DNA from: Anolis carolinensis
Lineage: Eukaryota
Length of the DNA: 64,000 nt
Direction: 5' to 3'
Assembly (NCBI RefSeq): GCF_035594765.1
Contig: NC_085841.1
Span: 353,843,402 to 353,907,401, forward strand
The position numbers were made by a program, and so were the translations under genes. Below, piece by piece: positions 48,391 to 59,945 of this stretch. Numbering within the stretch: position 1 is the first letter of the stretch; every line of letters starts with the position of its first letter. The notes under the pieces are model-generated. The model made no database searches. It was not told the origin of the DNA and saw nothing but the letters and a program-made list of their open reading frames with translations.

Positions 48391-48818
48391 GGAACATAGA
48401 TAGAATGCAAAAAACGGAGAATCTGCAGCTGTACCATATGCAGGCCTAGTATAATTGGAGTCTGGTGTTTAAGAGACATGCTATACATTGTTGCTTTTGT
48501 GTGGCAAGTCTAAGGTGGAGTTTTTGGGGCCGAGGTTATGTACCATCTGGCAAAGAAAATGAACTAAGAATATCATTTCAGAATCATGCCTACTGCAACC
48601 CTAGTGTTGTATTGTTTCAGGTTGCTTCTGACCTATGGTGACCTCAAAGCAACCCTTTCACAGGGATTTCTTGGCAAGATTTTGTCAGAAGAGCTTTGCC
48701 ATTGTCTTTCTGTGTAGCTGGCTATTCAGTGAGTTTCCACAGATAAGTGGGGGATCAAACCCTGGACTCCTGAATCATAGTCCAATGCTTATTACCCCAC
48801 ATTAGCTCTATGTATACT

Positions 48819-49012
48819 GCAAGTTGCTCCAGTGTGGTCTGAGCCCTGCCACATGCACAATGGAGGACCTTCTCTCAGGGACACCGGAGGCACTCCAAGT
48901 GGCTAGGTTCTGGTCAAGGGAAATCTTGTATAATGTCAAGTTTTTGACTTTGTGTGTGTTTTTAAATACATTATAACTGTACCCTCAGTTTGCTTCTGAC
49001 ACGATAAATAAA
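48819..49012 (+). mobile_element. Vingi-like LINE 3' end (second subfamily)
   Basis: Ends GCTTCTGACACGA(TAAA)n; 16-bp TSD TAGCTCTATG(T/C)ATACT (48803-48818, 49013-49028). Confidence 0.75.
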
Positions 49013-50040
49013 TAGCTCTATGCATACTCAGTGTGAAAGACAGGTAAGAAAAGAAGTGTGTGTGTGCAGTGGGGGGAAGAAGTCAATAAAAAGCAGGTCA
49101 GACATGGGTAAAATTATCAGGACAGAGAAGTGAAGTAGTCCAAGTAGCCAACACAGCAGCAGGCCAGCTGGCTTTCTTTAGCAGCTGCCGTTGCGTCAGC
49201 TGAACAAGGTGGCTGCAGCTGTACACAGGCCATGAATAGGAGAGAAGCGGTGTGTGCCGGCTGGGACTTGAGGAGTCAGGCTGGCTTCCTGAAAGGGGGA
49301 AAGGGTAAGGGTGGAGGCTTGTTTTGTGAAATATCCCCTAGCCCAGCAGGAAGGCTGCAGTCCATTGACTTTTTGGTTATTTGTTCCCCACGATGAGCCT
49401 CTTTAATGATGCACTGGGGATTAAAGGGTTACTTTGGATGGGAGGAAAGTATATTTCCCAGGCCTAAAAGATGAGAATGCTGGTTCAAAGCTTCTTCCTC
49501 TAACAGCTCTAAAAATCTCTGAAGCTGGAGAGATTTTTATTAGGCTGGCTACAAGTGCAACAGACCCCAAAACTGGAGAAACAGGTCAATAAGACCTTGC
49601 TAGTTTTCTAAAGAGCTCTCAAGAATGAAGTAGATAGAAAAGATTAATCACAGCTGTGGTATCAACAATGAAACACGGAAATGTTTTATAAAGAATTGTA
49701 CTAATTTATTATTTATGCAGATAGAAATAGCCTGGATGTATATCCTTCACTAAGGCATAGAACTCTGTGGATGGACCTGTGTGTGTTGCTTAACGCTTGC
49801 TTTGCTTAACCATTTTCCTTTGGAAATGCCTGTCCATTAGCTGTATCAGTCATTTCCATGAACTGATTCTACACTGTGATAAGCGCAGGTGGGACAAATT
49901 GGCAGGGAAGAGCCAGCAGTTAAGGAAATATTAAACAGCCTCTTTGAATTCAGTCTCATAGAATTAAGATGTCTTGATGAGAGCAACAGTGATTGGGTTA
50001 AGCAATTTTCAGTGACCCAACATCTCATATCTTATCCACC

Positions 50041-50383
50041 AAACCAGGCAAACCAGGAATGGGCAACTTGGAAGTCCCTGAACAGACTCAGAAGTGGAGT
50101 GGGCAGATCAAAAGACAACTTGGCAAGGTGGCACTACCTGGAGGAATCCTCCACCTTGTGTGACTGTGGAGCTGAACAAACAACTCAGCATATGTATGCT
50201 TGCCCTCAATGCCCTGCCTCATGTACGGAGGAGAAGTTGTTTAAAGCTACAGACAATGCGGTTGCTGTTGCCCACTTTTGGTCCAAAACTATTTAGTTGC
50301 CTGTGATTTCTTTTCTTTTCTATTTTATTTCCATTATTTGAAATGTATTTGCTGTACCAATGCTTTTGACACGAAATAAATAA
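50041..50383 (+). mobile_element. Vingi LINE 3' fragment
   Basis: Nearly identical to 56713-57053; perfect 14-bp TSD ATATCTTATCCACC (50027-50040, 50384-50397). Confidence 0.92.
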
Positions 50384-51165
50384 ATATCTTATCCACCTAT
50401 CTTAACTTCCCCAAGACTGATACTCTGAGATCTTTCCACGTTTCCTCTTCACTCCCTTCTATTCTTCCTTTTACTAAAACTGAAATTAGCCTAGCCCATT
50501 TGAAGAGCTTTTCTGTCATTGATGGAAATCTTACAATAAAGTCTTAGCTGGTGGTCTTCATTCCTTAATCAAAATTGCTATCTGCTAGATGCATGCACCC
50601 TCCACCAGCATCTTCCCCAGCAATGTACTGGCAAAGATATATTTGGAAACCTTCATTTACCAAGATAGTATATGAAGTTCCACCAGGAGAATACCTACAT
50701 TGGGGAGAATTCTTCCTCCCCAGTGAAATGTTTCCCTTGGCCTTTAAATTTCAAGCATTGCACTTGGTGGAATATTTAGAAATCCAACAAAAAGGGCAAG
50801 GAACAGTTACCAAGGGAAGGTGATCACAGTAAATAGAAGAGTTCTAAGTGGGGATGATTTTAATGACTCACTCTCTGCCATGCTAGAAGGTGATCTAATC
50901 CTTTACCCTAAATTCTACCCTCCCTTGATGTAGTTGCGAAATCTGGGTTATCAACTAGATTCCTTTCCAGTTAGAAAGTGTGATTAGTAGTAACACCTGT
51001 TGAAATTCTCTCTTCCACATCACTATTAAAGGTACAGGGCCCTGCTTGTTTTTTTGTTTTTTTTAAGTGGAAAGTGGCATCTCTGGAGGGGATGTGTGCT
51101 TTTCACGTCATGTTTATAATGGCGCCAAAGTTAGTTCTTATGCATACAGAAGTTTATAAAAAAAG

Positions 51166-51347
51166 TTTGTGTCAGGACCAACTTGGGAAACTGCAAGTCT
51201 CTTCTGGTGTGAGAAATTGGCCATCTGCAAGGACGTTGCCCAGGGAATGCCCGGAAGTTTTACCATCCTTATGGGAAGCTTCTCTCATGCCCCAACATGG
51301 GGAGCTGGAGCTGACAGAGGAAGCTCACCCGCTTTCCCCGGATTCGA
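51166..51347 (-). mobile_element. 5'-truncated SINE with Sauria-like head remnant and Vingi-like tail
   Basis: Minus strand begins TCGAATCCGGGG...GGTGAGCTTCCTCTGTCAGCTCCAGCT (like the Sauria head) and ends ...CCTGACAC-AAA. Confidence 0.65.
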
Positions 51348-51399
51348 GTTCGTAATTGACTCCCCGGGTTCATAATTGACTAATGAGAAGAAGCTCTTG

Positions 51400-52030
51400 C
51401 TCTTCCGCCTTCTCTCCCTGTAGACTGAGAATGGAGACAACAGATTAAAATACACCAACAAATTGACAGACAGTACAGTTAGAAACATGAATACCAATTT
51501 AAAATGCCAGTTTAGAAAAAGTGCATAACTTCAGTTAAAAGCAGGCATATTAAAAACAATAACAATCAATCATTTAAAATTTTGTAATTTAAAACCCATC
51601 TGCATAGCCCTGCCAAAAAGAGTTTGGTCTTTAATGCTTTTTTAAATGCAGACAGTCTAGCTAACTATGTAATGTTTTCCAGCAAATCATTCCACAATTT
51701 GGGGTGATTGAAGAAAAAGTTCTCTAGCTAATTGTTGCCAGCTTGGTCCTGATTGTCTGATGTTCATGTCCTCCAGAAGACCTGAGTGTACAGAGAGGAT
51801 TATGTAGAATATAATCTGGACCCAAACCATGTAACATGGTAACAACCAACACTTTTTTTTATCTTGCCCACAAATTGATAACCAACATGTGATTTCAATG
51901 TTGTTGTAATATTATCACTCCTGGATGTACCAATAGCCAATCTTGCTGCCATGTTTTGCCGTAACTAGTTTTTGCATTTGGTATCCAGGTAGCCTAACTT
52001 ACAGCACTTTGTAGTCAATCCATCTTTAGG
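51400..52030 (-). mobile_element. Degraded L2 LINE
   Basis: Begins with the reverse L2-type 3' end (CCGCCTTCTCTCCC...GGAGACAAC) followed by degenerate 3' ORF sequence. Confidence 0.55.
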
Positions 52031-52641
52031 TCCTCCGGATATAGGAAGGGATGCAGTAAAATCAGCTGAAGGGTTAATACTTGTTAATGGCTGTGTTTAG
52101 CCCCTTGTAGAGAGCCAGCATGGTGTAGTAATTTGAGTGTTGAACAAGAATGCTGGAAAAGTAGATAATTTACATTTAGTCAAGGATTAATTTGGGCAAC
52201 ACGCACCCTCCCAGCCTTAGGTCAATCTCCTCTAAATAAATCTTGCCAAGAAAACCCTATGACTGTAAGTCAAAGTTGACATAAAAGCACAAAACAACAA
52301 CAAATACACATTATCTTCCTATCTTGTCACGACTGGCACTAGTTCTCTTTCTGGATCCACAATATCTTCCATCTAAAGCTACTGTTTTTACATAATACTC
52401 AGCAAGGCAAACTGACCTGAGAGGACAATTGCAAATAAGGAATTTTTAAGGAATTGGAAGTGTATAGTAACTTTACACACTCAAGAGAGATAGTGAACCA
52501 CAGATACCTCAAAAGATAGACCTACAACTTTAGGAGAATGACTTTTATTAGAGGGAACAAAATTGCATCTGGGTAAATTTCTGTGCAGAAAAAAATTCTG
52601 TCCTGAAACATTTCCTGCATAAAATATGCTGGTTCACATGT

Positions 52642-52675
<34 letters not shown>

Positions 52676-52964
52676 ACATACAAACAACAGAAATTTTCTT
52701 TTCTGCACAGAAAATGATGTTTTTTTACACAGAAATGCTGGGTTTCGCACAAAAAAGCCAGCCATATCTATTATTTGAGTAGAATAAATAGCAAACTTTG
52801 ATGATTCATCTCAGTCCAAGTTTATCAGTGTTTCCTGACACTTAAGAAATATGTTTACAACCATTTTTAGAATATTTTAGAATATTCTTTTTATCACTAC
52901 TTTCGAGATAAATGCTGTATAGTCTAGTAATGTGGCTCATAACAGGCAATAATGAGAATAAATT

Positions 52965-53425
52965 ATTTGGATATCAGAGAACCTCTGTACACCTTTGCAA
53001 AGCTTTGGGCACATAAGCTGTTGTGTGTTGTCTGTTCCAAAATAATGAAAAGTTTGGAAGCCAAGTTCTATGAGGAGCATCTTAGGGAGCTGGATATGTT
53101 TAGCTTGGTAAAAAGAGATTAAGAGGAGACATGAAAGCCATGTTAAAATATTTGAAAGGATGTCATAATGAGGTGGGAACAAGCTTGTTTTCTGTTGCTA
53201 CAGGAATCAAGCTTCAACCTGAATATTAGTAAGACCTCCTTGATGGTAAGAGCTATTTGGTGGAAGATACTGCCTTTGAATGTAGTAGAGTTGTCTCTTT
53301 TTGGGGAGGTTTTTAAACAGAGGTTGAATTGCTATCTGTCAGGAGAACTTTGATTATGTGGTCCTCCGTGGCAGAATGAGGTTGGACTGGATGGTTCTTA
53401 TGGTTGTTTCCAACTCTGTGATTCA
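52965..53425 (+). mobile_element. Degraded CR1 3' end
   Basis: CR1 motifs (TATGAGGAG...GGAGCTGG..ATGTTTAGC; TTTTAAACAGAGGTTG; GTTGGACTGGATG...TTCCAACTCTGTGATTC). Confidence 0.8.
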
Positions 53426-54016
53426 TTGTTTTTGAGTCAGAGATAACCTTTCAGATCCAAGGCTTCTGAGTTCGTAATATGTCTCAGCTTTACAGGCTGG
53501 ACCCATTCCATACCAGGTAATTCCAAACTTTGGCGGCATCTCTGACTGAAATCAAGGTGTGGCAAGAACTTGCCCTCACACGTAAGAGAAAAAGACACAA
53601 CAACTCTTGGGGTTGTAAAAGATCAAGATATCCCATACGTTAACAACGCTTGCCTCACTCCCAGGGCTGGGCCGGCACTTGACGGAGCGAGCCAGCTGCC
53701 TCGGGCTACAGATTTTTGGTGTCATGACATGGCAGCAAATAGTTAGTGATTTGATTTGTTACTATCAAATTTGGAGGGGGAGGGGAAACAGCCAAGCAGG
53801 TTTTGAAGGCAGCACTCTTAGGCTTTTCTGCCTTGTGTGCCAAAATCAATGGCAACTTTGAACACTTTGTCAATCGGGGGGTGGGGTGTTCCAAGAAACA
53901 GGAAAAAGAACAAAAACCAAGCTTAAAAAACTCCCTTTAAAACAAATAAACAAGGCATATAATAAAAAAACAAAGAACTCTGATGCATACAAATCATTCA
54001 CAACTTTACCTACACT

Positions 54017-54705
54017 CAGAGGCGGTCCAACCATAAGGCGAACTAGGCACTTGCCTGTGGCGCCATCGTCCCAGGGGCGCCACCTTCAGAGATTGTGAGG
54101 TCTGTGGGAACTTGGAAGCTAGGTATGTGGGGTTTATATATCTGTAGAAGGTCCAGGGTGGGAGAAAGAACTTATCTTTGAAGCAGGTGTGAATGTTGTA
54201 ATTAATCACCTTGATTAGCATTTAATGGCCCTGTGGCTTCAAGGCCTGGCTTCTTCTTGCCTGGGAGAATCTTTTTTTTGGGAGGAGTTAGCTGTCCCTG
54301 ATTGTTTACTGTCTGGATTTCTTCTATTTTCAGAGTGTTGTTCTTTATTTATTTTCCTGATTTTAGAGTTTTTTTTAATACTGAGGGCTATCTGGGTTAT
54401 CTAAGTCCACACTGCCCTATATCCCAGTTCAATGTTTAGTGCTAAATTCGCAAATATAGTAATTCCTACATAACATTACCATGTATTGAACTGCTTTTTC
54501 TATTGATTTGCTGTAAAACATGATGTTTTGGTGCTTAATTTGTAAAATCATAATGTAATTTGATGTTTAATAGGCTTTTCCTTTATCTTTCCTTATTATC
54601 CAACATTTTTGCTTATCCAACGCTTTTATTTTTCAGTGATTGGTGGGGGGGGGGGCGCCAAAATTCTGTTCGCCTACACTTGAAAAATACCTAGGGCCGG
54701 CTCTG
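54017..54705. mobile_element. Composite non-autonomous hAT element carrying Penelope, MITE and mariner fragments
   Basis: Imperfect TIRs CAGAGGCGGTCC / GGGCCGGCTCTG; perfect 8-bp TSD CCTACACT (54009-54016, 54706-54713). Confidence 0.85.
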
Positions 54706-54735
54706 CCTACACTGAAGGATAAATACATGGGAACA

Positions 54736-55180
54736 CAGGTTGAATCTTCCATATCTGAAATCCATGGGACCAGAAGTGTTTTGGATTTCGGAATATAATA
54801 ATAATAATTTTATTTTTATACCCCGCCCCATCTCCCCAAGGGGACTCGGAGTGGCTTACATGGGGCCAAGTCCAGGCAAAACAGACAATATAAAACACAA
54901 CAATAACACAAATCAATCAACAATAAAGTAAATCATAAAACAAATATCTATGTCGTCATATAATACATAGTAATACAGTACATAAAACATTCATTTATGT
55001 TCAATATACACCCTATACACATAGTTCAGTGTCAATTTTATACAATGTTTTAAATAATTATGTGCATGAAACAGAGCTTACATACACTGAAACATTTGAA
55101 AGTAAAGGTGTCACTGTCTCAGTTGCCCATGTCAACATTTTGTGTTCTGGAGAATTTCAGATAAAGAATGCTCAACCTGT
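54736..55180. mobile_element. Old mariner/Tigger-like MITE interrupted by an L2 3' end
   Basis: Ends CAGGTTGAATCTTCCATATCTGAAAT / ATTTCAGATAAAGAATGCTCAACCTG are inverted; L2-type end at ~54800-54870. Confidence 0.65.
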
Positions 55181-55195
55181 ATCAACCTATAATAT

Positions 55196-57053
55196 GAAAA
55201 TCAACAGGGTGCCAGAACTTGAAACCCACCAGTTGTCTTCTCCTCTAAACCTGAAAGAACTCAGAGAAGCCATCAAGCGATGTAAGACTGGTAAAGCACC
55301 TGGCCTAGATGACCTGATGATGGAGCAAATCAAACACTTGGGGGCCAAAGCTGAAAACTGGCTTTTGAAATTCTACAATCAATGCCTGGCACACAAACAG
55401 ATTCCCAGAGCATGGAGGAAAACTAAGATAATTGCCATCTTAAAACCTGGTAAAGATGCCTCCAATGCCAGGAACTATCGACCAATCTCCCTCTTATGTC
55501 ATCTATATAAAGTCTATGAGAGGATGCTATTAAATCGACTAGGACCTGTTATCGAACCCAAGCTTATTGCACAACAAGCAGGTTTCAGACCAGGGAAAAA
55601 CTGTACAGGTCAAATTCTTCATCTGACTGAACATATCGAGGAAGGCTACGAGAAAGGCTGCATCACGGGAACAGTTTTTGTGGACCTTACGGCAGCCTAT
55701 GACACGGTGCAACATAGAAAAATGCTGCATAAAGTCTACCATATCACCCGGGACTTTGACTTTACAAAAACTGTCCAGACCCTCTTAGAAAACCGCAGCT
55801 TCTATGTGGAGTTTCAGGGCCAGAAAAGCAGATGGAGGAGGCAAAAGAATGGTTTACCCCAAGGCAGCGTTCTTGCACCGACCTTATTTAACATCTTCAC
55901 GAACGATCAGCCACAACCACCACTCACAAAGAGCTTTATATATGCTGATGACCTTGGCCTTACAACACAAGCGAAAGATTTTGAAACAGTTGAAAAGCAA
56001 CTCACCAATGCCTTGAAAGATCTCTCCAGCTACTACAAAGAGAACCACCTGAAGCCTAACCCTGCCAAGACACAAGTGTGTGCTTTCCACCTACGTAACC
56101 GCGAAGCCATCAGGAAACTAAAAGTTACTTGAGAAGGCCAAGAGCTCGAACACTGTTTCCATCCTAAATACCTTGGTGTCACCTTAGACCGAACACTAAC
56201 ATATAGGAAACACTGCATGAACACCAAGCACAAAGTAGCTGCACGCAATAACATCCTGCGGAAACTGACTGGCAGCGCATGGGGAGCAGACCCACAAGTA
56301 ATAAGAACATCAGCCCTGGCCTTGTCTTTCTCAACTGCAGAGTATGCCTGTCCTGTTTGGCACAAGTCTGCCCATGCAAAGCAGGTGGACATAGCACTGA
56401 ATGAAACATGCAGAATCATCACGGGATGCCTTAAACCTACACCTGTTGATAAACTCTACAAGTTAGCTGGCATTGCCCCTCCTGACGTGCGACGGGAAGT
56501 TGCTGCTAACGGTGAGAGAAAAAAGGTCGAACATTGTGAAAGCCACCCACTGCATGGCTATCACCCTCCTCCCACCAGACTCAAATCAAGGAAGGGCTTC
56601 ATGAGAACCACCACTCCTCTTGATGTTCCTCCAGCAACAGCAAGGGTGTCTCTCTGGGCAGCTAAACCTGGCAATTCTAACTGGATGGCCCCCCAAGAGG
56701 GTCTTCCTCCAGGGGCAAACCAGGAATGGGCAACTTGGAAGTCCCTGAACAGACTCAGAAGTGGAGTGGGCAGATCAAAAGACAACTTGGCAAGGTGGCA
56801 CTACCTGGAGGAATCCTCCACCTTGTGTGACTGTGGAGCTGAACAAACAACTCAGCATATGTATGCTTGCCCACAATGCCCTGCCTCATGTACGGAGGAG
56901 GAGTTGTTTAAAGCTACAGACAATGCGGTTGCTGTCGCCCGCTTTTGGTCCAAAACTATTTAGTTGCTTGTGATCTCTTTTCTTTTCTATTTTATTTCCA
57001 TTATTTGAAATGTATTTGCTGTACCAATGCTTTTGACACGAAATAAATAAATA
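55196..57053 (+). mobile_element. Young 5'-truncated Vingi (Ingi/I-group) LINE; RT plus C-terminal CCHC; one nonsense codon
   Basis: GKAPGLD, NYRPISLL, FVDLTAAYDTV, NGLPQGSVLAP, FIYADD, KYLGVTLDRTL and CDCG...QH...C motifs; TGA at 56130-56132; (TAAA)n tail; 12-bp TSD AACCTATAATAT (55184-55195, 57054-57065). Confidence 0.92.
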
Positions 57054-57339
57054 AACCTATAATATATAATCATGATAGATAGTATACTCAGCAATATCAA
57101 TATAAGCAAATAAAAATACATGTAAGATATATACATGATAGAACAAGAAAGGAGTAGGTTCACAAAAACATTATTCAATTTGCCAAATTGTACTCAGTAT
57201 CAAAAATGGTCAAAACCTTTAAATTACTGAATGAATCCATTTGCAGGTGAAGTGGCTGTGCAAACGTTCAGTTGAGAATGCAACTGTAATGAAATAGTTT
57301 GAACTTTGAATTGCATGAGTGGGAAGCACCAAAGACAGA

Positions 57340-57490
57340 TTTATTTATTGTATTATATCATGTTTTAATTGTTCTGTTTTATACTATATTTGTTGCTGGC
57401 CCTCGTGGCAGAATGTAAGCCGCTCTGAGTCCCCTCAGGGAGAAGGGCGGGGTATAAATGCATGTAATAAATAAATAAATAAATAATAAA
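57340..57490 (+). mobile_element. L2 3' end
   Basis: TGTAAGCCGCTCTGAGTCCCCTCAGGGAGAAGGGCGGGGTATAAAT...(TAAA)n; another copy at ~60340-60512. Confidence 0.75.
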
Positions 57491-59377
57491 TTTGTATGCG
57501 CCCTTTCTTCTAGAGTTGAGATGCAAAGCAGCTTCCAAAACAATTAAAAAATATTCATGACAAATATGTCAAAAACAATAAAAAGCACATAAAACACTAT
57601 AAAATCATTTTAAAAAACATGCACATGCTTAAAAGGAATAAAATATATCCATAGAAACCTTACACATGGAAGCCTGTTTTGCTTCCAGAGTTATTGCCGA
57701 TCATCCTGTGGCTGCACTAAACTAGTGGTTGCACTTTTCCCAGGGTGGTGCAGCAGTAGCAAGGAATAGAAGACAACATCTGTTGAGTCTGAGCAACTTA
57801 TTCCTCCAATGCTTGACTTCCTCAATGACTGATATACTTACAGGCTTCTGCTATTTCTACCACTATATGCACAATTGTAATTTCACTGTTACGCTAATAT
57901 GAAGTCAGGATCATCCGGGGTTCACATCCTTGTTCAGTCATGGTGTGTGTTTGGGCAAGTCACACCTTCTTAGAGAAAGGCAATGTCAAACCTGCTCTGA
58001 ACAAGAAACCCTAGGAGAGGTGTCCAAAAATTGGAGTTGACCTAAGGGCACGTAACAATACAAGTCTGTGCAAAATAGGATGCCATGATGTGCCTGAGTA
58101 CCTTATTTGTGGAGCTAAACAGAGCCCAATATAGTAGACCGTTATGTCTCTCAAATTTGCTATTGCCTCGACAGTGTGATATCTCCTGGAAATACACACA
58201 CACGTATGTAAATATATAAAGTAGACACAACTACCCTGTTTTCACCACCAAACCAGTTGCTAGCCATAGATGCTTTGAATGTCTTACACACATGTAACTT
58301 CCTCTACGGAAGTGGTCTGATATTTTTTATTATATGTAAAAGATCTGCAATTAGTTAAAAGTTGCAAAATCAGAGCTGTATATAGATGTTCATTGCACAC
58401 AATGGTACACTGTGCACGAATGGACCATGTGTGCATTGAGGGGAGGCAGTTAAACATTATGCAATTAAAGTGTTATTATTCCACTCCAACTGCTATGGGA
58501 ACATGCCATGGAATACTGGCATTGTCAGACAGGAAGGGCAAAAAGGCAGTGTGTTGTAGTGGTTTGGGTGTTGGACTCTAGGACACAGTTCTGTGTCCCC
58601 ACACAGTTATGGAAACCCATTGGACAAGTCACCCTCTCTCAGCTTTAGAAGATGAAAATGGCAATCTACATCTGAAGAAATCTTGCCAAGAAAAAAAACC
58701 CATGATAGGTTTGTCTTAGGGTTGTTATAACTTGGAAACAACTCTAGAGGATGCAATGACAAATTTAAAATAATCCATCAGAGAGATCTCAGAAATTTCC
58801 AGGATTTCATAGGATGTTGCCATAGTTGTTGAAGCGGAATAATAATGCTATACTACAAAGAGTACTGTGTTGTAAATTCAGTTGCACATTTGCTGTTTTG
58901 GTTCACTTGCATGATGTTGCCATTCAACATAAGGGTTGAGTAGCACAATTATGAATAACTCCACATATGGAGGTTTATTTTAAAGAATTGCAATGTAGGA
59001 TCCCAGGTATTGTGTTCTTATATTCAGTATCTAAACCTTTGAAACCAATCTATTCATTTTAAATCTTACAGCAAACCACTAGAAATTTTGCCTTATTTTT
59101 TTCAATCTCTCTGGTAAACAAACAGACTGCCTTCTTTGTTTGGGGTAGGACCATTTAAAAAAATAAGTAGAGAAATTCTAACAATATTTGCAGTTGCTAT
59201 GGTGAGCATTTGCCGTGTTGGCATGCAGTACTTGGAATATGGGATCAAAAACATCACTACCAGTTTTAAGAGATGATACTGGAAATGCTGTGTTTGAATG
59301 TAGAATAAAGTTTAAGTTAGTAGCTGGCCATGGAAAAGGTAATTAAATAAAACGCTTGTGTATTTTATATCACAGGC

Positions 59378-59945
59378 TATCACTCGTATGATTATCCTCC
59401 AAGGATAAGTCTTGGTGGTGGGTCCTTAAGTGACTGCAGAGACATATTCTGGATCTGCATGGTCTTTTGAAGTGAGAACATACATTTGAAGGTGGAAGGT
59501 GGTCCCAACAAAGGTACGTTTCTTCTTGGTACATTTCTTAATTTCGCCCTCCATTTGTGCCTCTTCAAAATTCAAAGCATTGTTGGTAGAAACTGACTTC
59601 TAGTTGCAATGCTAAAATGCCAGGTCTTCCCAATTCTTGGTACTTATTCCACATTTTTTGAAGATTAGCTTTAAGCCCATCTTTAAATCTCTTGTCCTGT
59701 CCACCAACATTCCTTTTTTGTTCTTGAGTTGAGAATAAAATATCTGCTTTGGGAAACCGTGAATGAGGATTCAGACAACATGGCCAGTCCAGTGAAGTTC
59801 TTGGCAGAGAAACATGGCTTCAGTGCTGATGGTCTTTTTCTTCTTCTTCCAGAACATTGATGTTTGTCCCATCTGTCTTCCCAAGAGGTTTGTAGGATTT
59901 TTAAAAGGTAATGCTAATGGAATTGTTCCTGAAGTCAAAAGTGAC
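59378..59945 (-). mobile_element. Degraded RTE LINE 3' portion
   Basis: Minus strand gives RTE C-terminal motifs (W.GHVV; FPKQIFYSQLKN; NVGGQDKRFKDGLKANL) with frameshifts. Confidence 0.8.

Noticed and set aside
55029-56963. Two adjacent ORFs (367 and 248 aa) as a two-gene module or programmed readthrough
   Set aside because: They form one Vingi ORF broken by a probable TGG>TGA change; the N-terminal ~55 aa lie outside the TSD.
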